A DNA stretch of 64,000 nucleotides. Origin: Candidatus Microgenomates bacterium. Lineage in GTDB: Bacteria; Patescibacteriota; Microgenomatia; UBA8517. Below, one piece after another: positions 40,101 to 48,929 of the stretch (the first letter of the stretch is position 1; each line of letters opens with the position of its first letter). The position numbers and the translations under genes were made by a program. Where the stretch lies: assembly GCA_049523135.1 (NCBI GenBank), contig JBEKNE010000001.1, positions 391,009-455,008 of the forward strand, written 5' to 3'. The notes below the pieces were generated by a model that was not told the DNA's origin, did not search any database, and worked only from the letters and a program-made list of their open reading frames with translations.

Positions 40101-43100
40101 ATGGCAAGGCTCTATTTCGATCCGGTGGATATGAAAGCGGATTTTCCAGCTTCTGAAAACAAGCTTCTTGGATATTGGGATAAAAAAGGAATTGTTAAAA
40201 AATATCTAAACAGGAATCATAAAAGCAGAAAATATTTTTCTTTTCTTGACGGTCCGATAACAGCAAATAACCCTATGGCAGTTCACCATGCCTGGGGAAG
40301 AACATATAAAGATATTTGGCAAAGGTACAAGAATATGCAAGGTTATCGTCAAAGATTTCAAAACGGGTTTGATTGCCAAGGACTTTGGGTGGAAGTAGAA
40401 GTAGAAAAAGAACTTAAGTTTAAAAATAAAAAAGAAATTGAAACTTTTGGGGTGGAAAAGTTTGTGCAACTTTGCCGCGATAGAGTTAAGAAATATTCCT
40501 CTATACAAACTGAACAAAGTAAAAGGCTTGGATACTTTATGGATTGGGATAACTCCTACTACACACTAAGTGAAGACAATAATTATATGATTTGGCATTT
40601 TTTGAAAGTTTGTTACAACTTAGGCTGGATCTATAAAGGTGCGGATGCGGTTCCTTGGTGTCCCAGATGCGAGACTGCAATTTCCCAGCATGAGATGCTG
40701 ACTGAAGATTATAAAGAAATAACTCATGAAGCCGTCTACCTTGCTTTTCCCGTAGTCGGTCAGAAAGATGAATATCTTCTTGTTTGGACAACGACTCCGT
40801 GGACAGTACCTGCGAATATTGCTGTAGCAATTGATGGTGATCTGGATTATTCGCTGGTAGAAATCGGGAAGAATAAATATTGGGTAGCCAGGGGAGCAAA
40901 AGATAGGATTTTTGCAAGTGTAAAAGCAAAAGAGCTTAAGGTAACAAAAGGATCAAAACTTACAGGTATTAGATATACTGGCGCTTTTGATGATTTACCT
41001 AAGGTTAGGGAAGTCAAAGATAAAAACGATAAGTTTCATACAGTCATAGCAACAGACGATTTGATTCTTCCGATTAATGTTGAAGAGGGAACAGGGCTGG
41101 TGCATATAGCCGTTTCTTCCGGCGCGGAGGATTTTAAATTGGGGCAAAAGTTAGGACTCCCCATGATTACGGTTATAGAGGACGATGCTTCATATTTACC
41201 CAATTTGGGTTTCCTTACGGGAAAAAATGCCAAGAAAAATCCAAAAATAATTTTGGATTATCTTAAGAAGCTGGAGGAAGAAGGAAAACATTTCTTTTAT
41301 AAAACCGAAAATTATACTCACCGCTATCCTGCTTGCTGGAGATGTAAAACTGAACTTGTGTGGAAAGTTACCGATGAGTGGTATATTGCGATGGATAAAC
41401 CCGCCAAGATAGTTAATTCCAAGAACCAAATTACGGAAGAAGACTGGAGTAAAGAAGAGCCTCCCCGCCTGGCCCCCGATACAAGAACTTTAAGAGAGAG
41501 AATGAAAGTTGTTACAGGGAAAATCGATTGGTTGCCCCGCTTTGGACTTGATAGGGAAATGGATTGGTTATCCAATATGCACGATTGGTTAATAAGTAAG
41601 AAAAACAGGTATTGGGGATTGGCTCTTCCCATCTGGGAATGTAAAAAATGCCATAATTTTGAAATAATCGGTTCCAAAGAAGAATTGAAAGAGCGTGCGG
41701 TTGAAGGTTGGAATGATTTTGCAGGTAAGTCACCACATAAGCCACAAATAGATTCGGTTAAGATACGATGTTCCAAGTGCGGTGCAATTGCCTCAAGAAT
41801 TGAACCTGTCGGAAACCCATGGCTTGACGCGGGTATTGTGCCGTTTTCTACAATTAGTGAGAATAACAAAGCTTGTGGCCTTGAGGTTACAAAGACCGAG
41901 CCGTTGTATTTGTCGGATAAAAAGGAATGGCAAAAGTGGTATCCTGCCGACTTTATTACCGAGAGTTTTCCCGGTCAATTTAAAAACTGGTTTTATGCGT
42001 TGATTGCTATGAGTACGGTTCTTGAGGATTCCAATCCTTTTAAAACTGTATTAGGTTTCGGAACTCTAACCGGAGAAGACGGACGACCTATGCATAAAAG
42101 CTGGGGAAATTCGATTGAATTTAATGAAGGTGCGGATACGATAGGGGCAGATGTCATGAGATGGATGTATGCCAGACAAAACCCGGCGGAAAATCTTCCT
42201 TTTGGTTACAGGGTCGCAGATGAAGTAAGAAGAAGGTTCCATTTGAAGCTTTGGAACATTTATAATTTTTTTATTACATATGCGAATTTGGACGGTTGGG
42301 TTCCCGGCTCTTTCCGAAGACCTGCCAAATCGTCATATATTTTGGATAAATGGATATTGGTAAGACTTGACCAAACAGTAGGTTTGGTAACAGGGTACCT
42401 TGATAATTATGATGCGATGTCTGCTTCAGGTGAGATTGAGAAATTTACCGATGACCTTTCCCTTTGGTATGTAAGGCGCTCCCGTGACAGAATCGGACCC
42501 GCTAAAGAAAGCGAAAAAGACAGTAATGCTTTTTATTCAACTACTTACTATGTTCTTTGTACTCTTTGTAAGATAATGGCACCGTTTACTCCATTTATAA
42601 CGGATTTGATGTATACAAATTTAACAAAAGAGGATTCGGTTCATCTTAGTGACTGGCCGCAGTTGGGTAATACAGGTAAAATTCCTTCAACCGATTTTAA
42701 ACTTTTAGAAGAAATGCAGAAGATTAGAGAAATTATTGAAAAAGTTCACGCAAAAAGGAAAGAGTCCGGAATTCCCGTGAGACAACCTCTCAATAGGGTT
42801 AAGGTTTATGGGCAAAGTGTAAAGATCGGCAAAGAAATATTGGGTTTGACACAAGATGAGTTGAATATTAAGATAATTCAACTACTTGGCGGTACAGACC
42901 GGGTTGAACTTGATACAAAGATAACCCCGGAATTGAAAGAAGAAGCGGATGTAAGAGATTTGGTAAGAAAAATTCAAGGTGAAAGAAAAAGATTGGGATT
43001 AAATCTTACTCAGAGAATCAACGTAGTTGTTGAGAATCCTCCAAAAGATAAAGAACTTGTTCAATGGATGCAAAAGAAAGCCCAGATATCTGAATTGAAG

Positions 43101-43133
43101 AAAGGTAAGTTTAAAGTTTCCAAGTCTTCTTAA
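40101..43133 (+). CDS. ileS: Isoleucine--tRNA ligase, type 2
   Basis: DGP.TAN, WTTTPWT, GTG.VH.A, DW.IS..RYWG, W.DAG; non-canonical AVHH and PMHKS signature motifs; no C-terminal Zn finger. Confidence 0.93.
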   Translation: MARLYFDPVDMKADFPASENKLLGYWDKKGIVKKYLNRNHKSRKYFSFLDGPITANNPMAVHHAWGRTYKDIWQRYKNMQGYRQRFQNGFDCQGLWVEVEVEKELKFKNKKEIETFGVEKFVQLCRDRVKKYSSIQTEQSKRLGYFMDWDNSYYTLSEDNNYMIWHFLKVCYNLGWIYKGADAVPWCPRCETAISQHEMLTEDYKEITHEAVYLAFPVVGQKDEYLLVWTTTPWTVPANIAVAIDGDLDYSLVEIGKNKYWVARGAKDRIFASVKAKELKVTKGSKLTGIRYTGAFDDLPKVREVKDKNDKFHTVIATDDLILPINVEEGTGLVHIAVSSGAEDFKLGQKLGLPMITVIEDDASYLPNLGFLTGKNAKKNPKIILDYLKKLEEEGKHFFYKTENYTHRYPACWRCKTELVWKVTDEWYIAMDKPAKIVNSKNQITEEDWSKEEPPRLAPDTRTLRERMKVVTGKIDWLPRFGLDREMDWLSNMHDWLISKKNRYWGLALPIWECKKCHNFEIIGSKEELKERAVEGWNDFAGKSPHKPQIDSVKIRCSKCGAIASRIEPVGNPWLDAGIVPFSTISENNKACGLEVTKTEPLYLSDKKEWQKWYPADFITESFPGQFKNWFYALIAMSTVLEDSNPFKTVLGFGTLTGEDGRPMHKSWGNSIEFNEGADTIGADVMRWMYARQNPAENLPFGYRVADEVRRRFHLKLWNIYNFFITYANLDGWVPGSFRRPAKSSYILDKWILVRLDQTVGLVTGYLDNYDAMSASGEIEKFTDDLSLWYVRRSRDRIGPAKESEKDSNAFYSTTYYVLCTLCKIMAPFTPFITDLMYTNLTKEDSVHLSDWPQLGNTGKIPSTDFKLLEEMQKIREIIEKVHAKRKESGIPVRQPLNRVKVYGQSVKIGKEILGLTQDELNIKIIQLLGGTDRVELDTKITPELKEEADVRDLVRKIQGERKRLGLNLTQRINVVVENPPKDKELVQWMQKKAQISELKKGKFKVSKSS

Positions 43134-43135
43134 AT

Positions 43136-44191
43136 ATGCGCTGGCTATTTGGTGTTTTTCTAAAAGATATTTCGGTTACACTATCTGCATTATTATTAAT
43201 GGTTTTTAGTGTTGTCATTTTGGAATCTTTAGATAAATCTCTTTTTCCTCTCTATTTTATTTATATTTTTACGGCACTGTTGGTTTTTTGGATCTTTTCT
43301 CAAATTGATTTTGAGATAATTTCAGTTTTTTCAAAATATTTTTATATATTAAGCGTTCTTCTTCTTTTTTTGACATTCATAATTGGTAGAGTGACCAGGG
43401 GTACTATTCGTTGGATTCCCATCGGACCTCTCAGTTTGCAGCCTGCTGAAATAGTCAGACCGTTTCTTTTAATATTTTTTGCAAATTTTTTGGGCAGAAG
43501 CGAGGTTAATTTAAAAAAGGTTTCTAAAGCGATTGGACTACTTGCTTTGCCTGTTTTTCTGATTCTGATTCAACCTTCCTTGGGGGTTTCAATTCTTACT
43601 GTTATTGGATTTGTGGGTGTGCTTTTGGCAAGCAAGTTTAATAAAAAATATCTTCTGATGGGTTTACTTGCAATTATCATTCTATCGCCCATTATCTGGA
43701 GACTTTTGGCTCCTTATCAGAGACAGCGTATTTCAAATTTTTTGGATCCGGGAAGTGATCCGCTGGGAGCGGGCTATAACAGTTTGCAATCAACGATTGC
43801 AACAGGTTCCGGAAAGTTTTTCGGTACAGGTCTTGGAAAGGGTATACAAACACAGTTGGCATTCTTGCCTGAAAAACAAACAGATTTTATTTTTGCCGCA
43901 ACGGCTGAAGAGCTGGGTTTTGTGGGGGCCGCAATAGTTCTTTTGGCCAGTTTTTTAATTCTTTTCAGATTGACGTTCTTTATGGAAAATGCCGTTTCTC
44001 CCGCCGCCCGTGCTTATATTTCAGGCTTTTTCCTTGTTTATCTTGTTCAAATCTTTGTGCATGTCGGAATGAATATGGGGATGCTGCCGATTACGGGTCT
44101 TCCTTTCCCCCTTTTTTCAGCCGGAGGTTCTTCGCTTCTGGCGACAATGATGGGATTGGGGATTGCTTTAGGAGCCTATAACAAATCGTAG
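43136..44191 (+). CDS. rodA: SEDS protein RodA
   Basis: RWI..G..LQP.E, YQ..RI..FLDP..DPLG.GYN, LPE.QTDF, P.TG.P.P..S.GGSS. Confidence 0.88.
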   Translation: MRWLFGVFLKDISVTLSALLLMVFSVVILESLDKSLFPLYFIYIFTALLVFWIFSQIDFEIISVFSKYFYILSVLLLFLTFIIGRVTRGTIRWIPIGPLSLQPAEIVRPFLLIFFANFLGRSEVNLKKVSKAIGLLALPVFLILIQPSLGVSILTVIGFVGVLLASKFNKKYLLMGLLAIIILSPIIWRLLAPYQRQRISNFLDPGSDPLGAGYNSLQSTIATGSGKFFGTGLGKGIQTQLAFLPEKQTDFIFAATAEELGFVGAAIVLLASFLILFRLTFFMENAVSPAARAYISGFFLVYLVQIFVHVGMNMGMLPITGLPFPLFSAGGSSLLATMMGLGIALGAYNKS

Positions 44192-44224
44192 GATTTGTTG
44201 AGGTTCATAAAAAACAAACATAGC

Positions 44225-44253
44225 TTGCCACACATCTACGCTCGTGGTAAAAT
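44225..44253 (+). promoter_or_regulatory. Sigma70 promoter of rplU (probably leaderless transcript)
   Basis: TTGCCA, 17-nt spacer, TAAAAT with TG extension; ATG follows 7 nt later. Confidence 0.65.
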
Positions 44254-44260
44254 ATGGCCT

Positions 44261-44566
44261 ATGAAATACGCAGTAATCAGAGTTGGCGGAAGGCAATATA
44301 AAGTTGAAGAGGGGCAGGAGATTCTTATCGATAAACTTCAAGATCCAAAGAAGGTTGATGTCGAAGTTTTGCTTCTGGCTGGTGGAGATAAAGTATCCGT
44401 CGGCAAACCTGTTCTCAAAAATGCTGAAGTTAAATTAAAGGTTTTGGCCGATACGGAAAAAGGAGAAAAGATTGATGTCTATCATTTCAAGGCCAAATCA
44501 CGTTATAAAAAACATACAGGTTTCAGGCCCCAATATACCCGTGTCTTGGTTGAGAAGATCAGCTAA
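44261..44566 (+). CDS. rplU: 50S ribosomal protein L21
   Basis: MKYAVI..GG.QYKV.EG, GKP, G.R..YT; start re-assigned to 44261. Confidence 0.95.
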   Translation: MKYAVIRVGGRQYKVEEGQEILIDKLQDPKKVDVEVLLLAGGDKVSVGKPVLKNAEVKLKVLADTEKGEKIDVYHFKAKSRYKKHTGFRPQYTRVLVEKIS

Positions 44567-44573
44567 AATATTA

Positions 44574-45026
44574 TCAAAATATTGTGAGATATTCACGAAG
44601 TCCGTCATCTACAGTGGTATAAACCATTTCGTCAGGTTTTATAAAAAGTGTCCTTTGTGAAGTAGCCAGTTTTATAGCTTCATCAAATAATCTAATAAAT
44701 TTTCTATCAATCCGATTGGCTGATAAAAATCCTCCCTTATTTTCCAGTTCGGCTCTAAAATCTATATTTATAGGATTGGTTGCCACCCTCTTTGCAATAT
44801 CTAACCTTGTTTCTCTTTGCAATATCCCTTCGGTGATTAAATTATCAACAATTGAGAAATTAGCCCGTCTCCTTCTTAGTAGGGTCTCTGTACATCCCAA
44901 TATTCCGCTTGATGCGATAGTGATACAAACATCAAATTCTTCTTCGGTTAATGTATTGACAACCCACCAGGGATTCATTTCAGCACCGTCGGAGAATCTG
45001 AATCTTTCCACGTATTCTGGGTTCAT
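44574..45026 (-). CDS. Hypothetical protein (orphan) between rplU and rpmA
   Basis: 150-aa ORF with its own TGCTATAAT 7 nt before the ATG; no recognisable motif. Confidence 0.6.
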   Translation of the reverse strand: MNPEYVERFRFSDGAEMNPWWVVNTLTEEEFDVCITIASSGILGCTETLLRRRRANFSIVDNLITEGILQRETRLDIAKRVATNPINIDFRAELENKGGFLSANRIDRKFIRLFDEAIKLATSQRTLFIKPDEMVYTTVDDGLREYLTIF

Positions 45027-45094
45027 ATTCGAGATTATAGCAATAATTTTGAATTTAGAAAGGTTAATATATCAAACTATAAACTTCTGACCTC

Positions 45095-45123
45095 TTGACA
45101 GCTGTGAAAATATACATTATATT
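45095..45123 (+). promoter_or_regulatory. Sigma70 promoter of rpmA-parB
   Basis: TTGACA, 17-nt spacer, TATATT. Confidence 0.65.
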
Positions 45124-45134
45124 GTGCGAAGGAT

Positions 45135-45386
45135 ATGTCAACACATAAAGCAGGAGGAAAAGCTTCACAACATGTTAGTCCAGCAGGGAAAAGATTAGGT
45201 ATTAAGTTGTCTGATGGACAAAAGGTTTCTCCCGGAATGATAATAACACGCCAAAGGGGAACAAAAGTTAGTTTAGGAAAAGGTGTTGCAGCGGGGCGTG
45301 ATCATACAATTTATGCTATTGCTAAGGGAATTGTTAAATTTGGAACAAGAAAAGGAAAGAAAATTGTTTCGGTAGTTTTAAAATAA
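45135..45386 (+). CDS. rpmA: 50S ribosomal protein L27
   Basis: KRLG.K..DGQ.V..G.II.RQRGT, GRDHT.YA...G.V.F. Confidence 0.96.
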   Translation: MSTHKAGGKASQHVSPAGKRLGIKLSDGQKVSPGMIITRQRGTKVSLGKGVAAGRDHTIYAIAKGIVKFGTRKGKKIVSVVLK

Positions 45387-45387
45387 A

Positions 45388-46227
45388 ATGGCAGAAGAAG
45401 TTATACAACTAGATATTAATGAACTCCAACCGAATCCTTTGCAACCTCGTGGTGCAATTACTCCTGAAAGCTTGGTAGATTTAGTTGATTCAATTCGTGA
45501 ACACGGGATTCTGGAGCCCTTGGTTGTTGCCAAAACCCCCGCAGGATATCAAATAATTGCAGGGGAGCGTCGCTGGAGGGCTTCAAAGTTGGCAGGATTA
45601 ACGCATGTCCCCGCAATCATTAGAGAAACTTCACCTAAGGGTATGTTGGAGATGGCTTTGGTTGAAAATGTCCAAAGGGTCGATCTTAATCCTCTTGACC
45701 GTGCTAAAGGCTTTGAGAGGCTTATGAATGAGTTTGGATTAACTACGAGTGAGATTGCGGTACGGATAGGTAAAAGCGTTGCCTATGTAAGCAATTCCTT
45801 AAGACTTTTGTCTCTTCCCGATGCGCTTAAAGACGGACTTCTCTCCGGACTTATCTCTGAAGGCCACGCAAGAGCCCTTGCCGCAATTGACGACAGTAAT
45901 TTAATGATTGAGGCTTACAAAATAATTTTGAGGGAAAGTGGTTCAGTAAGGCGCGCGGAGGAACTTGCCAGGAGAATGAAAGTCAAGTCTCAGCAAGACA
46001 CGCGTGCTCCGGATAAACATGTCAGAATTGTTTCTGAGGAAATTGATAGAATGCAGGAGGATTTACAGAAAGCCTTGCAAGATTCTACTCAAACTGACGG
46101 AATAAGAAATAATTCCGTAAAACTAATCAGGTCCCGCAGAGAAACAAGAGTAGTCTTTATTCTTAAAGGCGGATTGGAAGAAACCGACGGAACGCTTCAA
46201 AAGATCTACAAAGCGATTACTGCTTAA
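45388..46227 (+). CDS. parB: ParB/Spo0J partition protein
   Basis: PNP.QPR, G.L.P..V, IIAGERRWRA (CTPase box), ENVQR.DLNP, HTH, GHARAL. Confidence 0.93.
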   Translation: MAEEVIQLDINELQPNPLQPRGAITPESLVDLVDSIREHGILEPLVVAKTPAGYQIIAGERRWRASKLAGLTHVPAIIRETSPKGMLEMALVENVQRVDLNPLDRAKGFERLMNEFGLTTSEIAVRIGKSVAYVSNSLRLLSLPDALKDGLLSGLISEGHARALAAIDDSNLMIEAYKIILRESGSVRRAEELARRMKVKSQQDTRAPDKHVRIVSEEIDRMQEDLQKALQDSTQTDGIRNNSVKLIRSRRETRVVFILKGGLEETDGTLQKIYKAITA

Positions 46228-46811
46228 TAAGTGTAACTTGGATTGTGTACGACTCCTGCGAGATTTGGCGGCCAATAGGTAATCCACACTTTGCCATTTA
46301 TACCTTGGCTACTACTAGCAGGAGACAAATTCAGAGGAACGGGACCCCAATATCTTGAATCGGATGAGTTTGGACGATTATCTCCCATCAAAAAGTATTC
46401 ATCCTCAGGAACCGTGAAATCGGTATCCTCGGAAAGAAAAGTACCGCCGCCCGTGTAAACATTACTTGCTATATAAGGTTCATCTAGAATTTTTCCATTA
46501 ATGTAAACATGACCGCCGGATACCCTTATTGTTTCTCCTGGGAGTCCTATTATTCTTTTAATAAATTCGTCGTTTTGGGATACTGACGGTGGGGGAACTA
46601 AGACCACAACATCTCCGCGTTGGGGTTTATTGAGATAATAGGATACCTTTTGTGTAAGCAAATATTCAGAATCTTGATAATTCGGCATCATAGACTGTCC
46701 GCTGATTTTGTGCGGACGCATTATAAGTAGATAAATGAAGAAAAAGACACCAACTGCGAATACAATAACCTCAAATATATCCAAAAAGAAGGTACCTAAG
46801 CGCTTAAACAT
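46224..46811 (-). CDS. lepB: Signal peptidase I
   Basis: G.SM.P (Ser), RGDVV, FIKRIIGLPG (Lys), GDNR.NS.DSR.WG. Confidence 0.95.
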   Translation of the reverse strand: MFKRLGTFFLDIFEVIVFAVGVFFFIYLLIMRPHKISGQSMMPNYQDSEYLLTQKVSYYLNKPQRGDVVVLVPPPSVSQNDEFIKRIIGLPGETIRVSGGHVYINGKILDEPYIASNVYTGGGTFLSEDTDFTVPEDEYFLMGDNRPNSSDSRYWGPVPLNLSPASSSQGINGKVWITYWPPNLAGVVHNPSYTY

Positions 46812-46856
46812 AATTCATTATATTGATTTGACATTAATCTGCACAAGAGGATAAAT

Positions 46857-46985
46857 TTAAGGCTTAATAATAGTCTGCTCGAGCTTAGGACCGACAGAAA
46901 TATACTTAACCGGAATACCGGTAAATTTTTCAATGAATTCAATATAGCTTCTGCAATTTTTGGATTGATTTATACTATCTGCCAT
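46857..46985 (-). pseudogene. purA: Remnant of adenylosuccinate synthetase (C-terminal fragment, 42 aa)
   Basis: Manual translation MADSINQSKNCRSYIEFIEKFTGIPVKYISVGPKLEQTIIKP matches the PurA C-terminal pattern N...YI.FIE...G.PV..ISVGP..EQTI; ATG is 1 nt after the upstream gene's stop. Confidence 0.75.
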
Positions 46986-46986
46986 T

Positions 46987-48021
46987 TTATGTAACTATTA
47001 CATCATGTGCTCCATTTTCCTTTATTCCTAAAGGACTGATTTTGATAAATTTGGCTTTTTCCCAGAGCTCGTGTATGTTTTTTGCACCACAATAGGAAAA
47101 ACCCGAGCGCACATTTTCCAAAACCAAATCTATATATGGTTTAAGATCCCCTTTATAAGGAACAAAACTTGCCACTCCTTCAATATGATTGACAATGTTT
47201 GGCGATTGTCTTGATTTTTCGATTAAAGAAGTTGATCCGTTGTATTCTTTATATTTTTTGCCGTTTTTAATAATTATTTTCCCGGCAGTTTCTTTAAGAC
47301 CTGCAAAAAGATGACCTGTCATAATTGCCGAGGCACCTGCAGCCAGGGCTTTGACAATATCGCCGGAGTTTTTCATTCCTCCGTCACAGATTAAGGTTCT
47401 ATTATATTTTCTGGCAGCTTTGACACAATCCAAAACGGCAGATATTTGAGGAACGCCGCAACCCGTTTCTGTTCTGGTAATACAAGTCGACCCCGGTCCA
47501 ATTCCTACCTTTACACAATCAGCTCCGGCTTTAAACAAGTCATTAGCACCTTCATAAGTGGCAACATTACCGGAAACAATGTCCACTTTACTCCCGAATA
47601 ATTGTTTTAATTTTTTGGTTGTTTCTATAGTTTGTAACATGTGGCCATGAGCGACATCTAAAACCAAAAGGTCGGCTCCTGCAGAAACTAAATTTTTTGC
47701 TCGTTCAAATCCATCTTCTTTTACACCCACAGCAGCTCCTACTAGTACTTTTTCTTTTTTTACTTCATTAACCATATTTGTTTCAGATTCAACGGACATA
47801 AAACGTGGTAAAATTCCTAAACCCCCGAGTTTTCCTAAGGAAATTGCGAATTTAACATCGGTAATACTACTCATATTGGAACTGATTAACGGTATGATAA
47901 GTTTTATGTGAGGAGTGATTTGACTTGAAAGATCTACATCGGATCTGCTTTTAATTTCTGAATATTGGGGGATAAGGAGGACGTCATCGTAAGAAAGACC
48001 TAGGGGAAAATTCTGATTCAT
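46987..48021 (-). CDS. IMP dehydrogenase/GMP reductase family (GuaB/GuaC), CBS-less; flap suggests GMP reductase
   Basis: [29 protein letters not shown] catalytic Cys, DGG....GDI.KALAAGA, EGV; no Arg-Tyr dyad in the flap. Confidence 0.9.
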   Translation of the reverse strand: MNQNFPLGLSYDDVLLIPQYSEIKSRSDVDLSSQITPHIKLIIPLISSNMSSITDVKFAISLGKLGGLGILPRFMSVESETNMVNEVKKEKVLVGAAVGVKEDGFERAKNLVSAGADLLVLDVAHGHMLQTIETTKKLKQLFGSKVDIVSGNVATYEGANDLFKAGADCVKVGIGPGSTCITRTETGCGVPQISAVLDCVKAARKYNRTLICDGGMKNSGDIVKALAAGASAIMTGHLFAGLKETAGKIIIKNGKKYKEYNGSTSLIEKSRQSPNIVNHIEGVASFVPYKGDLKPYIDLVLENVRSGFSYCGAKNIHELWEKAKFIKISPLGIKENGAHDVIVT

Positions 48022-48026
48022 ACTTT

Positions 48027-48046
48027 GTAATGATATGAATCATTAC
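48027..48046. repeat. Perfect 8-bp inverted repeat (operator or 5' hairpin)
   Basis: GTAATGAT-atga-ATCATTAC between the promoter and the ATG of the guaB/guaC-family gene. Confidence 0.55.
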
Positions 48047-48051
48047 GTCTA

Positions 48052-48080
48052 ACTTTAGAGAAAGTGGATTTTCCTGTCAA
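48052..48080 (-). promoter_or_regulatory. Sigma70 promoter of the guaB/guaC-family gene
   Basis: Minus strand TTGACA (48080-48075), 17-nt spacer, TAAAGT (48057-48052). Confidence 0.6.
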
Positions 48081-48115
48081 TAGCCTATTTTATGGTAAAA
48101 TTAGTTGTTGGGTGA

Positions 48116-48189
48116 GGTCGCGTAGCTCAGTCGGTTAGAGCGTTGCATTCACATTGCAAAGGTCCCTGGTTCGAGTCCAGGCGCGACCA
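48116..48189 (+). tRNA. tRNA-Val(CAC)
   Basis: Cloverleaf: acceptor GGTCGCG/CGCGACC, D arm GCTC/GAGC, anticodon arm TTGCA-TTCACAT-TGCAA, T loop TTCGAGT; CCA not encoded; TGgTAAAAT at 48093-48101 upstream. Confidence 0.95.
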
Positions 48190-48190
48190 C

Positions 48191-48856
48191 ATGAGAAAAT
48201 ATATTTTCTTTACTATTTGGATCATTTTGCTTGTTTTGGTCCCTTTAACTATTTTCCAAACTACACCTCTCGCTGCGGTTACAAAATATCCGGTAACTTT
48301 GATGAATTTCCTGCAAAGATTTGCCGGACTTATCGCCTATATACTTCTTTTCGAACAGATTGTAATGGGGGCATTTTTGCCGAGATTGATTGATAAATTC
48401 GGAGAGTGGATTTTTAATTTCCATATACTTCAGGGAAAACTTGTTTATCTGCTAGTACTTGCACATCCAGTCTTTTTTATGTTTTTTAATCACTTTGCCG
48501 GAGCAGGATGGAACCCCTACGCGGTTTTTATTAATGCCTGCCTGCTTTGCGATACACAAATAGGATATTATTACACTTTGGGAATGATTTCTTTCTGGCT
48601 TTTGACCGTTACGGTTTTTGCTGTAGTTTTTCAAAATACTTCTCCTTGGTTAAGAAAAAATTGGAAGAAAATGCATGTAGTTAACTATATTGTATTTTTG
48701 TTGGTGGGACTGCACGGATTTTTACTGGGAATTGATTTCAAAGTCCAGCCTTTTTATACTTTTGCCGTTTTGGCTTATGTAGTGATATTGGGAATTGTGG
48801 TTTTTATCGAAATACCAAGACTCTACAAAGCCTGCATTAAGTGGCTTAACTCCTGA
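48191..48856 (+). CDS. Ferric-reductase-like/MsrQ-like transmembrane cytochrome b domain protein
   Basis: About 6 TM segments with two His pairs (FNFH...AHP; WKKMH...GLHG); start at ATG 48191 because the track's 48143 start lies inside the tRNA. Confidence 0.7.
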   Translation: MRKYIFFTIWIILLVLVPLTIFQTTPLAAVTKYPVTLMNFLQRFAGLIAYILLFEQIVMGAFLPRLIDKFGEWIFNFHILQGKLVYLLVLAHPVFFMFFNHFAGAGWNPYAVFINACLLCDTQIGYYYTLGMISFWLLTVTVFAVVFQNTSPWLRKNWKKMHVVNYIVFLLVGLHGFLLGIDFKVQPFYTFAVLAYVVILGIVVFIEIPRLYKACIKWLNS

Positions 48857-48929
48857 TGTTTATTTCTTCCAAAACTTTGGTTAGTTAATACGTTTGTCAA
48901 CTACAAATTATTTAAGAGTGAGGCAAAGA

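Noticed and set aside
44716-45090. Plus-strand 124-aa ORF between rplU and rpmA as a Prp protease
   Set aside because: No Prp GHA...VCA motif; its composition looks like an antisense shadow, and the minus-strand ORF has an ATG and a -10 box
48022-48115. Purine riboswitch upstream of the guaB/guaC-family gene
   Set aside because: The predicted leader is about 25 nt and lacks the aptamer's conserved joining sequences
48143-48190. N-terminal extension of ORF 48143..48856 in the ORF track
   Set aside because: It lies inside tRNA-Val; ATG 48191 is the plausible start
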